From Candidatus Dormiibacterota bacterium (GTDB taxonomy: Bacteria > Chloroflexota > Dormibacteria > Aeolococcales > Aeolococcaceae), in the NCBI GenBank assembly GCA_041691155.1, contig JBEPVD010000011.1, forward strand, positions 636 through 64,635: 64,000 nucleotides of DNA. The letters are read 5' to 3'. Below, one piece after another: positions 10,672 to 23,116 of this stretch. The notes beneath the pieces are model-generated. The model saw nothing but the letters and a program-made list of their open reading frames with translations. It searched no databases and was not told where the DNA came from. Position 1 is the stretch's first letter. Every line of letters begins with the position of its first letter. The position numbers and the translations under genes were made by a program.

Positions 10672-10982
10672 GCCCGCACTTCGGGACGTCGCTCATACCG
10701 CACGTGAATGGACGCGACCCTTCGCTGGACTCGCCGCTCGAGGTTCCCACCGGCTCCGTTGGTCGAGGCAGGAATCGTCACTCCGACATACGGCTCCGTC
10801 TCCACTTTGGTGACCGGCATGTAGCCGATGCCGAGCAACGTCCCCTCATCCCTGGACTGCTCCGCCAGGTCGAAGTAGTGCCGGACGAGTGGGTCCGGGA
10901 ACGTTTGCTTGCGCACCATCCGCCGGACATCGCGGGCGTTGATCCAGTCGCGGATGGATCCTGCAATTCGGGTTCCTGGCAT
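10668..10982 (-). CDS. Hypothetical protein
   Basis: Strong RBS GAGGGAGG; 4-nt overlap with the downstream hydrolase start; no recognised motif. Confidence 0.5.
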   Translation of the reverse strand: MPGTRIAGSIRDWINARDVRRMVRKQTFPDPLVRHYFDLAEQSRDEGTLLGIGYMPVTKVETEPYVGVTIPASTNGAGGNLERRVQRRVASIHVRYERRPEVRA

Positions 10983-11066
10983 GGGCCTCCCTCGACGTCA
11001 TGTCGTGCCGATCGAGCATAGCGGTACCCGCTGACGCCGCAGAAGGCATACCATGCGAACCCCAGA

Positions 11067-11080
11067 CGAACGTCTGTTCG
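11067..11080. promoter_or_regulatory. LexA SOS box (CGAAC-N4-GTTCG)
   Basis: CGAACGTCTGTTCG, 45 nt upstream of a UvrD-like helicase; matches the Gram-positive/actinobacterial consensus. Confidence 0.75.
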
Positions 11081-11124
11081 CCTGGGGCTCGACGCCCGAA
11101 GACCTCAGTGGGAGCTAGGAACCT

Positions 11125-13203
11125 TTGACGCTCGGAGCAACCCGGCGCGACGTCCGTTTCACCGGCCCGTGGCGAGACACCCTCAACGCATCGCAGCGTG
11201 AGGCGGTCACCCATGGCGACGGGCCGTTGCTGATCATTGCCGGCGCCGGTACCGGGAAGACCACGACGCTGGCCTGCCGTGTGGCCCATCTCATCGAATC
11301 CGGCGTGCCGGAGCAGCGAATCCTCCTGCTGACCTTCTCCCGACGTGCCGCCGCCGAGTTGCTGTCCCGCGCCCAGACGCTCATCGATCGTGGCGGCCTC
11401 CGCAAGGTATGGGGCGGCACCTTTCACGCCATTGCGAATCGAATGTTGCGCATGTATGGACGCGGCATCGGCATCGGTCCCGACTTCACTGTGCTCGACC
11501 AGGCCGATACCGCCGATCTGCTCAACCTCATTCGCGGGTCCATGAACGTCAGATTCCAGCACGAGCGGTTCGCGCGCAAGGAGACGCTGGCCACCATCTA
11601 CTCACGGATGGTCAACGCGAGCGAGCCGTTGAGCAAGATTCTCGAGAAGCATTTTCCCTGGTGCAGCAGCGACAAGCCCGCAATCGCGGAGATCTTCACC
11701 GCCTACACCCGGCGCAAACGCCTCGACACCGTGCTCGACTATGACGATCTCCTCCTCTACTGGAACGCGTTGATGGCCTCGGCCGCCGCTGAGCGTGTCA
11801 CTGAGCAGTTCGACCACATCCTCGTCGACGAATACCAGGACACCAATGCGCTGCAGGCGCAGATACTCCTGCAGTTCCATGCCCGGATCCCGAACATCAC
11901 GGTGGTGGGTGACGACGCGCAGGCGATCTACTCGTTCCGCTCGGCGACGATCGACAACATTCTCTCGTTCGCCCAGCGCTTCACCGGCGCGCGCATTGTC
12001 GCGCTTGAAGAGAACTATCGGTCCACCGCACCGCTGCTCGCCGCCTCCAACGCGGTGATCGCGATGTCGCCGCAGCGCCATGACAAGACGCTCGTGTCGA
12101 CGCGCGTGGGAGGGCAGAAACCCGAGCTGATCACCTGCGGCGATGAGGCTGAGCAGGCAGCCGCAGTCTGCGAGTCCATCCTCGCGCATCGCGAACGCGG
12201 CGTCCCACTCATGCACCAGGTGGTGCTCTTTCGGGCCTCGCACCACAGCGACCTCCTCGAGGTCGAGCTGGGGCGCCGCAACATTCCCTTTGTCAAATAC
12301 GGCGGCCTGAAGTTTCTCGAAGCCGCGCACGTCAAGGATGTGGTGGCCATCCTGCGCATCCTGGAGAACCCGCGCGACTCCGTGAGCTGGTTTCGCGTGC
12401 TCCAGCTCCTTGACGGCATCGGTCCGGCCCAGGCGCGGCGATTGATGGGCGCGATCGGCGTCGATCCACCCGCCGCAGGTGTGTCGCCGTTGCGCCGGCT
12501 GCTGTCCGACGACATCGATGTCCCCGCGTCAGCGACGGATTCGCTGGCCGAGCTCCGTTCGATGCTCACCGACTGCGCCGATCAGCCCGACGAGGTGATG
12601 CCGCTGACTTCGCAGATCGAGCGCATCCGGCTCTTCTGCGAGCCGACCTTCGCGCGTCGGTACAGCAATCCGGAAGTGCGACTCCGCGACCTCGAGCAGA
12701 TCGAGTCCCTCGCCGCATCGACCCCGTCGCGGGCCGCCTTCCTGACCGATCTCGCGCTCGACCCGCCGACCTCGACCTCCGACCTCGCCGGCCCGCCCTT
12801 GCTGGACGAGGACTTTCTCATCCTCTCCACGATCCACTCTGCGAAGGGAGGCGAGTGGGATGTCGTCTGCATCATCCACGCGTCGGACGGCCACATCCCG
12901 TCCGACATGGCGACCGGGGATGTCGCGACGATCGAGGAAGAACGTCGCCTGCTGTATGTCGCACTCACGCGCGCACGCGACGCGCTCGAAATCTACTTCC
13001 CCCTGCGCTACTACCGGCGTCCGCGGGGGCAGGGTGACACCCACGGGTACGCGCAGCTGACCCGATTCATCCCGAACGGGCTGCTGCAACACTTCGACAT
13101 GCGGAGCACGCCGGCGGGTCGCGAAGACGACGCGGTGGTTGCGCCGGCGGGCGCGGATACAACCTCGGTCGACGCCTTCCTGGAGCGCCTGCTGATGTCC
13201 TGA
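11125..13203 (+). CDS. UvrD/REP-family ATP-dependent DNA helicase
   Basis: AGAGTGKT, LVDEYQDTN, VVGDDAQAIYSFR, LEENYRS, STIHSAKGGEW, EERRLLYVALTRAR. Confidence 0.93.
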   Translation: MTLGATRRDVRFTGPWRDTLNASQREAVTHGDGPLLIIAGAGTGKTTTLACRVAHLIESGVPEQRILLLTFSRRAAAELLSRAQTLIDRGGLRKVWGGTFHAIANRMLRMYGRGIGIGPDFTVLDQADTADLLNLIRGSMNVRFQHERFARKETLATIYSRMVNASEPLSKILEKHFPWCSSDKPAIAEIFTAYTRRKRLDTVLDYDDLLLYWNALMASAAAERVTEQFDHILVDEYQDTNALQAQILLQFHARIPNITVVGDDAQAIYSFRSATIDNILSFAQRFTGARIVALEENYRSTAPLLAASNAVIAMSPQRHDKTLVSTRVGGQKPELITCGDEAEQAAAVCESILAHRERGVPLMHQVVLFRASHHSDLLEVELGRRNIPFVKYGGLKFLEAAHVKDVVAILRILENPRDSVSWFRVLQLLDGIGPAQARRLMGAIGVDPPAAGVSPLRRLLSDDIDVPASATDSLAELRSMLTDCADQPDEVMPLTSQIERIRLFCEPTFARRYSNPEVRLRDLEQIESLAASTPSRAAFLTDLALDPPTSTSDLAGPPLLDEDFLILSTIHSAKGGEWDVVCIIHASDGHIPSDMATGDVATIEEERRLLYVALTRARDALEIYFPLRYYRRPRGQGDTHGYAQLTRFIPNGLLQHFDMRSTPAGREDDAVVAPAGADTTSVDAFLERLLMS

Positions 13204-13208
13204 CGGCG

Positions 13209-14150
13209 CTAGTCGCTCCCGAGTGCGACCGTCAACGCCGTGCGCCAGTCGGGGCTGTGCAGGAAGGCTTTGAACGCGCTTGCGGCCGGACTGAGCATGC
13301 GATCCTGCGCCCAGATGACGTGCCACATGCGCTGCACCGGAAAGCCGCGGACCTGCAACGGATGGAGGAGGCCCAGTTGCAGCTCGAGGCGCACGGCATA
13401 CGTCGACAGCACGGTCACGCCAAGGCCGCCCGCGACCGCGCGCTTGAGCGCACCGTTGCTCGCCATCTCCATCGCGGCGCTCGGCTCGACCCCGGCGCCT
13501 CGAAGAATGCGTTCCGCTGCCTCGCGAGTTCCCGAGCCCTGTTCGCGCAGCAGCAATGGACCCGTCAGCAGATCTGCCGGTCGGAGCGGCTCACGGCCGA
13601 CGAGTTCGTGATTCGGCGCGCAGAAGCACATCAGCGAGTTGTCGAGGAACGGCTCCGCAGCGAGCAGGTCGTCGTCCCAGAGCGTCCCGACGACACCGAT
13701 GTCTGCGCCGCCCGTGAGGAGCAGTTCGCGTACCCGGGCGCGGTTGACGACATCCAGGCTGAGCGTGATGCCCGGATGGGCGCGATGGAATCCCGCCATC
13801 GCATCGGGGAGCACGTAGATCCCGACGGTCGTGTCGCCGGCTAGACGAACGTTGCCCGCCTCGAGACCCGCAACATCGTCGATGGCGTCCTGCGCGTCCC
13901 CAACCATTGCCAGGATCCGGCCCGCGCGCTCATGCAGTGCCTGACCGGCCGCGGTCAGCACGGGGGTGCGACTCCCCGGGTCCAGCAGCGGCTGCCCCAC
14001 CGCGCGAGCCAGCGCCTGCATCTGATGGGTGACGGCCGGCTGCGTGAGGGAGAGGAGGCTCGCGGCTCGTGTGAAGCTCCCGAGTTCGACCACACTCGTG
14101 AAGATCCGGAGCTGGCGAAGCGTGATTCGCCGCTCCAGTCGCTGGCTCAT
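13209..14150 (-). CDS. cbbR: LysR-type regulator CbbR
   Basis: TLRQLRIF...SFTRAA...LTQPAVT HTH; REQGSGTR; divergent from prk-cbbLSX. Confidence 0.88.
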   Translation of the reverse strand: MSQRLERRITLRQLRIFTSVVELGSFTRAASLLSLTQPAVTHQMQALARAVGQPLLDPGSRTPVLTAAGQALHERAGRILAMVGDAQDAIDDVAGLEAGNVRLAGDTTVGIYVLPDAMAGFHRAHPGITLSLDVVNRARVRELLLTGGADIGVVGTLWDDDLLAAEPFLDNSLMCFCAPNHELVGREPLRPADLLTGPLLLREQGSGTREAAERILRGAGVEPSAAMEMASNGALKRAVAGGLGVTVLSTYAVRLELQLGLLHPLQVRGFPVQRMWHVIWAQDRMLSPAASAFKAFLHSPDWRTALTVALGSD

Positions 14151-14220
14151 TAGCAAAGCTTATCTCGCCCATGCATACCATGCATTAGACAGCAGCAAGC
14201 CGACCGCCTATCGTCGGGCC
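14150..14220. promoter_or_regulatory. Divergent cbbR/prk promoter region with LysR boxes
   Basis: TTA-N7-TTA at 14150-14162; ATGCAT-ACC-ATGCAT at 14171-14185; TAGACA-N17-TATCGT (14186-14214) ending 6 nt before the prk ATG. Confidence 0.7.
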
Positions 14221-16703
<2,483 letters not shown>

Positions 16704-16714
16704 GGACAGACGAT

Positions 16715-17137
16715 ATGCATGTCACACAGGGAACCTTTTCCTACCTGCCTCCACTCACTGAAACGCAGGTACGCGCCCAGGTGCAATACGCGCTCGACAA
16801 CGGGTGGGCGCTTTCGGTGGAGTTCACCGATGACCCGCACCCCCGCAACTTCCTGTGGGAAATGTGGGGGCTGCCGATGTTCGACGTACGCGATCCGGCG
16901 GCCATCCTGCTCGAGGTCGGTCGCTGCCGCACGGCGTATCCGGCTCGGTACGTCCGCATCAACGCCTATGACCGGACGCTCGGCCGTCAGACCACCGCGT
17001 TGAGCTTCATCGTTCAGCGACCGGTCTCAGAGAAGGGTTTCCGGCTGGAGCGGCAGGAGGGTGCCGATCGCCAGGTGCGCTACGCACTCCACCCCTACGC
17101 GCTCGACCTCCCGCCCGGAGAACGCTACGAGCGCTGA
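16715..17137 (+). CDS. cbbS: RuBisCO small subunit, red-type
   Basis: [39 protein letters not shown] with red-type C-terminal extension. Confidence 0.96.
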   Translation: MHVTQGTFSYLPPLTETQVRAQVQYALDNGWALSVEFTDDPHPRNFLWEMWGLPMFDVRDPAAILLEVGRCRTAYPARYVRINAYDRTLGRQTTALSFIVQRPVSEKGFRLERQEGADRQVRYALHPYALDLPPGERYER

Positions 17138-18157
17138 GTGATGGCACGGGAACCGCACGTTCCGTTCGGCATGCCCCGGCCGTCGACCGGCGGCGTCGCC
17201 ACCGTGGGGGACGGCCTCCCCACTGAAGCGGATAACGTGCCGCCGGAGCCGCCGGCTCTCGGTGGCGACGGTGTCGACCTCGAGGCCGAGGCGCGCGCAT
17301 CCGGCGTTTTCGACGTCATCGCAGAACTGGACCGCGAGCTGGTCGGGCTGGTTCCGGTCAAGACGCGAATTCGAGAGATCGCGGCACTCCTGGTCGTTGA
17401 CTCCGCGCGCCGACGCGCTGGACTGGAGGCGGAGCGCCCCAACCTGCACATGTGCTTCACGGGCAGCCCGGGGACCGGCAAGACCACGGTCGCGCTCCGC
17501 ATGGCCGCGGTGCTGCACAGCCTCGGCTACCTCGCCAAAGGCCATCTGGTCGCCGTGACCCGTGACGAGCTGGTCGGTCAGTACATCGGGCACACGGCGC
17601 CGAAAACGCGCGAGGTCCTCAAACGCGCGATGGGTGGGGTTCTCTTCATCGACGAGGCGTATTACCTCCATCGCCAGGAGAACGAGCGCGACTATGGTCA
17701 GGAGGCAATCGAGATCCTGTTGCAGGTCATGGAGAATCAACGCGCCGATGTGGTCGTCATCCTCGCCGGGTACCGCGACCGCATGGACCAGTTCTTCAAC
17801 AGCAACCCCGGCATGGGATCACGCGTCGCGCACCACATCGACTTCCCCGACTACGACCTCGATGCGTTGACGGCGATCGCGCGCATCATGCTCGATCGTC
17901 AGCGATATGCCTTCTCGCCGGCCGCCGAAGGTGCCTTCCGTGAGCTGCTGACCAGGCGCATGACCCAGCCTCGCTTCGCCAACGCCCGGAGCGTTCGCAA
18001 CGCCCTGGAGCGCGCCCGGTTGCGGCAGGCCAACCGTCTCGTTTCAGACAACGGGCGCCTCGTGACGCGAGACGATCTCATGCGCATCGAGGCCGCTGAC
18101 ATACTCAAGAGCCGCTGGTTCACCGACCCACCGAAGGCCGTTGACGACGCCGGCTGA
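17138..18157 (+). CDS. cbbX: RuBisCO activase CbbX
   Basis: [50 protein letters not shown]. Confidence 0.95.
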   Translation: MMAREPHVPFGMPRPSTGGVATVGDGLPTEADNVPPEPPALGGDGVDLEAEARASGVFDVIAELDRELVGLVPVKTRIREIAALLVVDSARRRAGLEAERPNLHMCFTGSPGTGKTTVALRMAAVLHSLGYLAKGHLVAVTRDELVGQYIGHTAPKTREVLKRAMGGVLFIDEAYYLHRQENERDYGQEAIEILLQVMENQRADVVVILAGYRDRMDQFFNSNPGMGSRVAHHIDFPDYDLDALTAIARIMLDRQRYAFSPAAEGAFRELLTRRMTQPRFANARSVRNALERARLRQANRLVSDNGRLVTRDDLMRIEAADILKSRWFTDPPKAVDDAG

Positions 18158-18168
18158 AGCCGCTGTGC

Positions 18169-18393
18169 TCAGAAGATGACGTGTCGCTTCAAGGACGCGT
18201 CAACGATGCCGGTGGTCATCTGATCGCACCACTGGCACATGAAGCGGATTGCTCGCATCCCGCTCTGCACCCGGCACGCGTTCGGCCAGCCACAACGCCC
18301 ACACATGATCGTCTGGACGTGGACCGCGTCGTTATTCGCCGGTGATGCGTCATCGGGATTCGGGGTGCCGGGCGACACTCCAGGCTCTGGCAT
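18169..18393 (-). CDS. Small putative zinc-ribbon protein
   Basis: 74 aa with CGRC and CQWC pairs; starts 7 nt after the methyltransferase stop. Confidence 0.5.
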   Translation of the reverse strand: MPEPGVSPGTPNPDDASPANNDAVHVQTIMCGRCGWPNACRVQSGMRAIRFMCQWCDQMTTGIVDASLKRHVIF

Positions 18394-18400
18394 CTGCTTG

Positions 18401-19207
18401 CTACGACACCGCTCGCCGCGGCTCGACGTCCGGAACACGAGCGGTGATCCAGCCGAACTCGGATCTGATGCGCCCGCCGATACCGCCTGTGGAGAAGGGC
18501 TCCAGCGCCTCTCGCAGTGCTGCAGTGAAGCGCTCCCGACCGACGTTCTGGAGTGCCGGCCACGACGGCCCGGCGGCGGCGAGCGCCCGGGTCGCGATAT
18601 CCAGATCGGGAAACTCATTGACCACCGGTGCGGTCCCTCGATCCACCCGCTCAAGACCGGCATCGGCGAGCATCTGCTCTGCCACACGCGGGCGGCCCGT
18701 GGACCCTTCATCGGCCAGCGCCGCGATGTGCTCGGTGGGTGAGAACTGTCCGACGGTCGCGAAAGAGGCGAGCAGCCCCATCCGTCTTGGCGAGCCCCAG
18801 AACGTGAGCCCAACCATGCCGCCGGGCCGGACGACGCGACGTGCTTCTCGCAACGCATCTTCACAGCCTTTCGAGATCCCGTTGCAACTGGTCGCGACGT
18901 CAAACCTGTCGTCGGCGTACGGCAACGCGAACATGTCCCCGACATTGAAGTCCCCTGCGGGGGTGCGCGCGCGTGCGATTGCGATGAGCGCCGGCGACGC
19001 GTCCAATCCGGAGACCTCGGCACCGCGTTCTGCGGCGACAGCAGCGGCGTACCCGGACCCGCAGGCGATACCCAGCAGCTGGGTGCCGCCACCGACGCCG
19101 AGGCGGTCGAACAGGAGGTCATTGGCGCGGCGCGCGTACGGCTCGATGAGGTACGCCCAGTCGGCCGCACGCTCACCCCATGCCTGTCCGGATTCTTCCC
19201 AGCTCAC
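18401..19207 (-). CDS. Class I SAM-dependent methyltransferase
   Basis: LLGIACGSG, GLDAS, GDMFALPYADDRFD, RVVRPGG. Confidence 0.85.
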   Translation of the reverse strand: MSWEESGQAWGERAADWAYLIEPYARRANDLLFDRLGVGGGTQLLGIACGSGYAAAVAAERGAEVSGLDASPALIAIARARTPAGDFNVGDMFALPYADDRFDVATSCNGISKGCEDALREARRVVRPGGMVGLTFWGSPRRMGLLASFATVGQFSPTEHIAALADEGSTGRPRVAEQMLADAGLERVDRGTAPVVNEFPDLDIATRALAAAGPSWPALQNVGRERFTAALREALEPFSTGGIGGRIRSEFGWITARVPDVEPRRAVS

Positions 19208-19292
19208 TCGTGAACCCTTGTCTCGAGCACCGTGCGCCCACTTTCGCACGTCTGGCCGAAGATCGCCAGAGGCGCGACCGAGGAAGAGCGAT

Positions 19293-20330
19293 TCACTGCT
19301 TCCGGGCAGTCCACGCGGCCAGGTCGGCCGCGGTCATGGTGTTGATGACACCGTCTGCGAAAGCCCCGCACTCGTCAGCGCGGACGCAGCCGTGCATCTG
19401 CCACTCCAGCTGACCCGGCGCGTGCGCGTCGGTGTCGATTGCGATGCGGCACCTGGCTTCGAGCGCTTGGCGCAACAATCGCCGCGGTGGATCGAGCCGC
19501 TCAGGCCGCGAGTTCACCTCCACCGCGACGTCGTACTCGCGACACGCCGTGAAGACGGCGTCGTGGTCGAAGGTCGACTCCGGCCGTCCCCTTCCGACGA
19601 CGATCCGTCCCGTGCAGTGCCCCAGGACGTCAGTGTTCGGATTGGCGATCGCCCCCAGCATGCGGCGCGTCATCTCCGGCTCGGGCATCCGCAGTTTGGA
19701 GTGGACGCTTGCGACGACCACGTCGAGCGCGGCAAGCAGCTCTGGTGACTGGTCCAGCCCACCGTCTTCGAGGATATCCACCTCGATACCGGTGAGGATG
19801 CGAAAGGGGGCCAACTCGGCGTTGAGCGTGGCGACGACCTCGAGCTGATGGCGCAAGCGTTCCTCGCTGAGCCCGTGAGCGATGGTGAGGCGCGGCGAGT
19901 GATCGGTGAGCACGATGTACTCATGTCCGAACGCTCGCGCTGCCTGCGCCATCTCCTCGATGGGACTGCCGCCGTCGGACCAATCGGAGTGGGTATGACA
20001 GTCACCACGCAGCGCCGCACGCAGCGCGATCGCGGCTTCGGGGACGGCCTTTGCTTCCACTGCCTCGAGACGTACCAGGTACTCGGGGATCAGTCCAGCC
20101 TGCGCCTCGGCGATCACTCCCGCCGTCACCGGTCCGATCCCCGGCAGCGTCTTCAGCGTGCCTGCCCGCACATGCCGATCGAGAACACCCGGGTCGAGAC
20201 CGCGGACAACGGCGGCGGCGTTGCGAAACGCACGCACGCGGTAGGTCGGCTCCGAGTCGCGCTCGAGCAGGAAGGCAATGCGGTCCAGCACACGGGCTGC
20301 TTCCGCCGTTGGCAGCAACCAATCACCCAT
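19293..20330 (-). CDS. PHP-domain protein with PolX-like N-terminal HhH domain
   Basis: YRVRAFRNAA and LPGIGP; HTHSDWSDG, TDHS, DTDAH metal motifs; no polymerase core. Confidence 0.88.
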   Translation of the reverse strand: MGDWLLPTAEAARVLDRIAFLLERDSEPTYRVRAFRNAAAVVRGLDPGVLDRHVRAGTLKTLPGIGPVTAGVIAEAQAGLIPEYLVRLEAVEAKAVPEAAIALRAALRGDCHTHSDWSDGGSPIEEMAQAARAFGHEYIVLTDHSPRLTIAHGLSEERLRHQLEVVATLNAELAPFRILTGIEVDILEDGGLDQSPELLAALDVVVASVHSKLRMPEPEMTRRMLGAIANPNTDVLGHCTGRIVVGRGRPESTFDHDAVFTACREYDVAVEVNSRPERLDPPRRLLRQALEARCRIAIDTDAHAPGQLEWQMHGCVRADECGAFADGVINTMTAADLAAWTARKQ

Positions 20331-20439
20331 GCGTCACCCGGCGCCTCACCGAAACGATGGTGCGCGCTCGCCCATGGCCGGTGTCGAGGCGCGGTGCCGC
20401 TGTCACCGCCGATCCTGAGTGCTTCGTCTGGCCACGCGG

Positions 20440-21585
20440 TTAGCAGATGCGGGGCAGTGGATCTCCGATCAGCATGTCCACGACGCGAGTGCCGCCGAAT
20501 CCGGTGTGGATGAAGACCATTCCCTCCGGCTCGGCGAGCACCTCGCCGATGACCACCGCTTCCGTCCCTTCCGGACGCGAGCGCATCAGATCGACGGCGC
20601 GGGTCGCATCCTGCTTCGCGACGATGGCCACGAGCTTGCCCTCGTTGGCGATGTACAGCGGGTCAATGCCGAGGATCTCCGCCACGCCACGGACCGCGTC
20701 GTGGATTGGTAGCGATGCTTCGTCGATCGCCACAGCCACGCCGGCCGCCTGAGCGATCTCGTTGAGCACGGTCGCAACCCCGCCGCGCGTCGCGTCGCGC
20801 ATGAAGTGGACGTCGACGCCGCTGTCGAGCAGTGCGGCGGTGAGTCCGTTGAGGGGCATCGTGTCGCTCCGCAGCGAGTCGGCTTCGAGATCGACGTCAC
20901 CACGAGCGAGCATGACCGTGGCGCCGTGATCGCCCATGGCGCCGCTCAGGATGACCACGTCACCGGGAACGATTCGCGGGATTGCGATGCGATTGGGGAG
21001 CGCGACCACACCGACGCCCGTGGTCGTGATGAACAGCTGATCGGCCTTGCCGCGAGGGACGACCTTGGTGTCGCCGGTGACGACGCTGACGCCTGCGCGA
21101 TCCGCGGCGCGTCGCATCGACTCGACCACCCTGCGCAGCACAGCCACGTCAAGCCCTTCCTCGAGGATGAACGCCGCGGAAATCCCCATCGGGGTCGCGC
21201 CGCCGACGGCGAGGTCGTTGATCGTGCCGTTGACCGCGAGTTCGCCGATGTCGCCGCCCGGGAAAAAGAGTGGGCTGACGACAAACGAATCGGTGGTCAC
21301 CGCGAGTCCGATGTGGTCCACCCCGGGGATCGCCAGCACTGCCTGATCACCCAGCTGGTCGAGGACGGGATTGCTGAGGATGTCACCGAAGAGCGCGGTG
21401 ACGAGCGTGTGGCTGGCTTTGCCGCCGGCGCCGTGGCTCATCGTGATCGCGTCCTCGCGCATCGACGGCTTGCGCTTCCGAATCTCGGCGATGCGTTCGA
21501 GCACCCGCTGCTCGGGGTCGGCGATGCGCGCGGAGGCCGCCCTGATCGCGGCGCCGCTTCCGGGCTCAACCATCGTGTCGGTCAT
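20440..21585 (-). CDS. hypE: Hydrogenase maturation carbamoyl dehydratase HypE
   Basis: SHGAGG, TDSFVVSPLFFPGGDIG, RDATRGG, ANEGK, C-terminal PRIC. Confidence 0.96.
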   Translation of the reverse strand: MTDTMVEPGSGAAIRAASARIADPEQRVLERIAEIRKRKPSMREDAITMSHGAGGKASHTLVTALFGDILSNPVLDQLGDQAVLAIPGVDHIGLAVTTDSFVVSPLFFPGGDIGELAVNGTINDLAVGGATPMGISAAFILEEGLDVAVLRRVVESMRRAADRAGVSVVTGDTKVVPRGKADQLFITTTGVGVVALPNRIAIPRIVPGDVVILSGAMGDHGATVMLARGDVDLEADSLRSDTMPLNGLTAALLDSGVDVHFMRDATRGGVATVLNEIAQAAGVAVAIDEASLPIHDAVRGVAEILGIDPLYIANEGKLVAIVAKQDATRAVDLMRSRPEGTEAVVIGEVLAEPEGMVFIHTGFGGTRVVDMLIGDPLPRIC

Positions 21586-22790
21586 CGCGCCCGCACCGCA
21601 AGCGGGACGAGGTCGTGCTCGACACCATTGCCGTTGCTGTGACCGTTGCCGTTGGGCCGGTCGCCGGACGCGAGCACTCGCTCGCGCTCGCGGGCGCGCG
21701 AGTACCTGCCAAAGTTGTAGTACGCAGCGCAGGCGCCTTCCGACGAAACCATGCAGGTGCCGATCGGTGTCTCCGGCGTGCAGGCGGTGCCGAACACCTT
21801 GCACTCCCACGGCTTGAGCACCCCTTTGAGCACCTCACCGCACTGACATGCCTTGGGATCGGCGACGCGGACGCCGGGCACGGAAAACACCTTCTCGGCA
21901 TCGAAGTCGGCGTACTCGTCCTGCAGTTCGAGCGCGCTCTGGCTGATGAACCCGAGTCCGCGCCATTCGAAATGCGAACGCAACTTGAAGACGCGCGCCA
22001 GCACTTCGAGCGCCTTGGGATTGCCGTCGTCATGGACGACGCGCCGATACTGGTTCTCGACTTCGCAACGGCCCTCGAGCACTTGCTGAATGATCATGTG
22101 CACGCCCTGCAGGATGTCGAGTGGCTCGAAACCGACGACGACGACCGGCTTGTTGTACGTGCGTGTCACGAACTCGAAGGGTCGAATCCCCACAACCGTC
22201 GACACGTGTCCTGGCCCGAGAAACCCGTCGAGCTGCAGGTCAGGCGAATCGAGGATGGCCTTCATGGGCGGAATGATCGTGACGTGGTTGCAGAAGACGA
22301 AGAGATTGCGCAGCCCTTCCGCCTTGGCTCGCATCAGTGTCAGCGCCGTGGACGGCGCAGTGGTCTCGAACCCGATCGCGTAGAACACGACCTTCCGGTC
22401 CGGATTCTCCTGGGCGATCTTCAAGGCGTCGAGCGGCGAGTACACCATGCGCACATCGGCACCGGCGGCCTTGGCGTCGAGCAGACTGCCCTTGCTGCCG
22501 GGCACGCGCATGAGGTCGCCGAAGCACGTGAAGATCACGCCGGGCTCGTGTGCGACGGCGATCCCGTCGTCAAGCCGTCCCATCGGAATAACGCAGACGG
22601 GACATCCCGGCCCGTGAACGAGCTCCACGTTGCTCGGCAGGAGATCCTCGATGCCGTACTTGAAGATGGTATGCGTGTGGCCGCCACACACCTCCATGAT
22701 CTTCCAGTGCTTGTCGCCGGACTCGGCGGTGATGCGCGCCGCCAGCGCACGCGCCAGGTCGGCGTCCCGGAACTCGTCAGCGAATTTCAT
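21582..22790 (-). CDS. hypD: Hydrogenase maturation protein HypD
   Basis: MEVCGGHTH, GPGCPVC, GFETTAP, PGHVS, CMVSSEGAC. Confidence 0.97.
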   Translation of the reverse strand: MKFADEFRDADLARALAARITAESGDKHWKIMEVCGGHTHTIFKYGIEDLLPSNVELVHGPGCPVCVIPMGRLDDGIAVAHEPGVIFTCFGDLMRVPGSKGSLLDAKAAGADVRMVYSPLDALKIAQENPDRKVVFYAIGFETTAPSTALTLMRAKAEGLRNLFVFCNHVTIIPPMKAILDSPDLQLDGFLGPGHVSTVVGIRPFEFVTRTYNKPVVVVGFEPLDILQGVHMIIQQVLEGRCEVENQYRRVVHDDGNPKALEVLARVFKLRSHFEWRGLGFISQSALELQDEYADFDAEKVFSVPGVRVADPKACQCGEVLKGVLKPWECKVFGTACTPETPIGTCMVSSEGACAAYYNFGRYSRARERERVLASGDRPNGNGHSNGNGVEHDLVPLAVRAR

Positions 22791-23116
22791 GCCGGCGATC
22801 CCCCGTTGCCGTCGCGGTAGTGCGCGCCGACGAGCTCCTCTTCCATCGCCTGCCACTCGCGGATCTGCTCCATCTCATCGGTGTACGCGGGGCCCATCTC
22901 CTCGAGGATCCGCAAGGTCTCGGCAGCTTCGGTCTCACTGACGCGGGACAGTGCAAATCCGACGTGGACGAGCACGTATTCGCCGGGCTCGGTCTTGTCC
23001 TCGCCGACCAGCAGTGAGGTGTTGATCCGGCGCTGCACACCGCCGAGCTCAACCTTGCCGTACATACGCTCCTCGTCGACGTACTCGACGAGTCGGGCGG
23101 GAATCGCTAGGCACAT
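22787..23116 (-). CDS. hypC: Hydrogenase chaperone HypC
   Basis: MCLAIP start; VLVHVGFA. Confidence 0.95.
   Translation of the reverse strand: MCLAIPARLVEYVDEERMYGKVELGGVQRRINTSLLVGEDKTEPGEYVLVHVGFALSRVSETEAAETLRILEEMGPAYTDEMEQIREWQAMEEELVGAHYRDGNGGSPA

Noticed and set aside
11125-13203. Helicase as part of an anti-phage system
   Set aside because: No partner nuclease or ATPase nearby; the SOS box points to repair
18401-19207. Methyltransferase pseudogene (motif I reads LLGIACG instead of LLDIACG)
   Set aside because: The frame is intact; one substitution is insufficient evidence
19293-20330. DNA polymerase X
   Set aside because: Only the N-terminal HhH and PHP domains are present; no nucleotidyltransferase core
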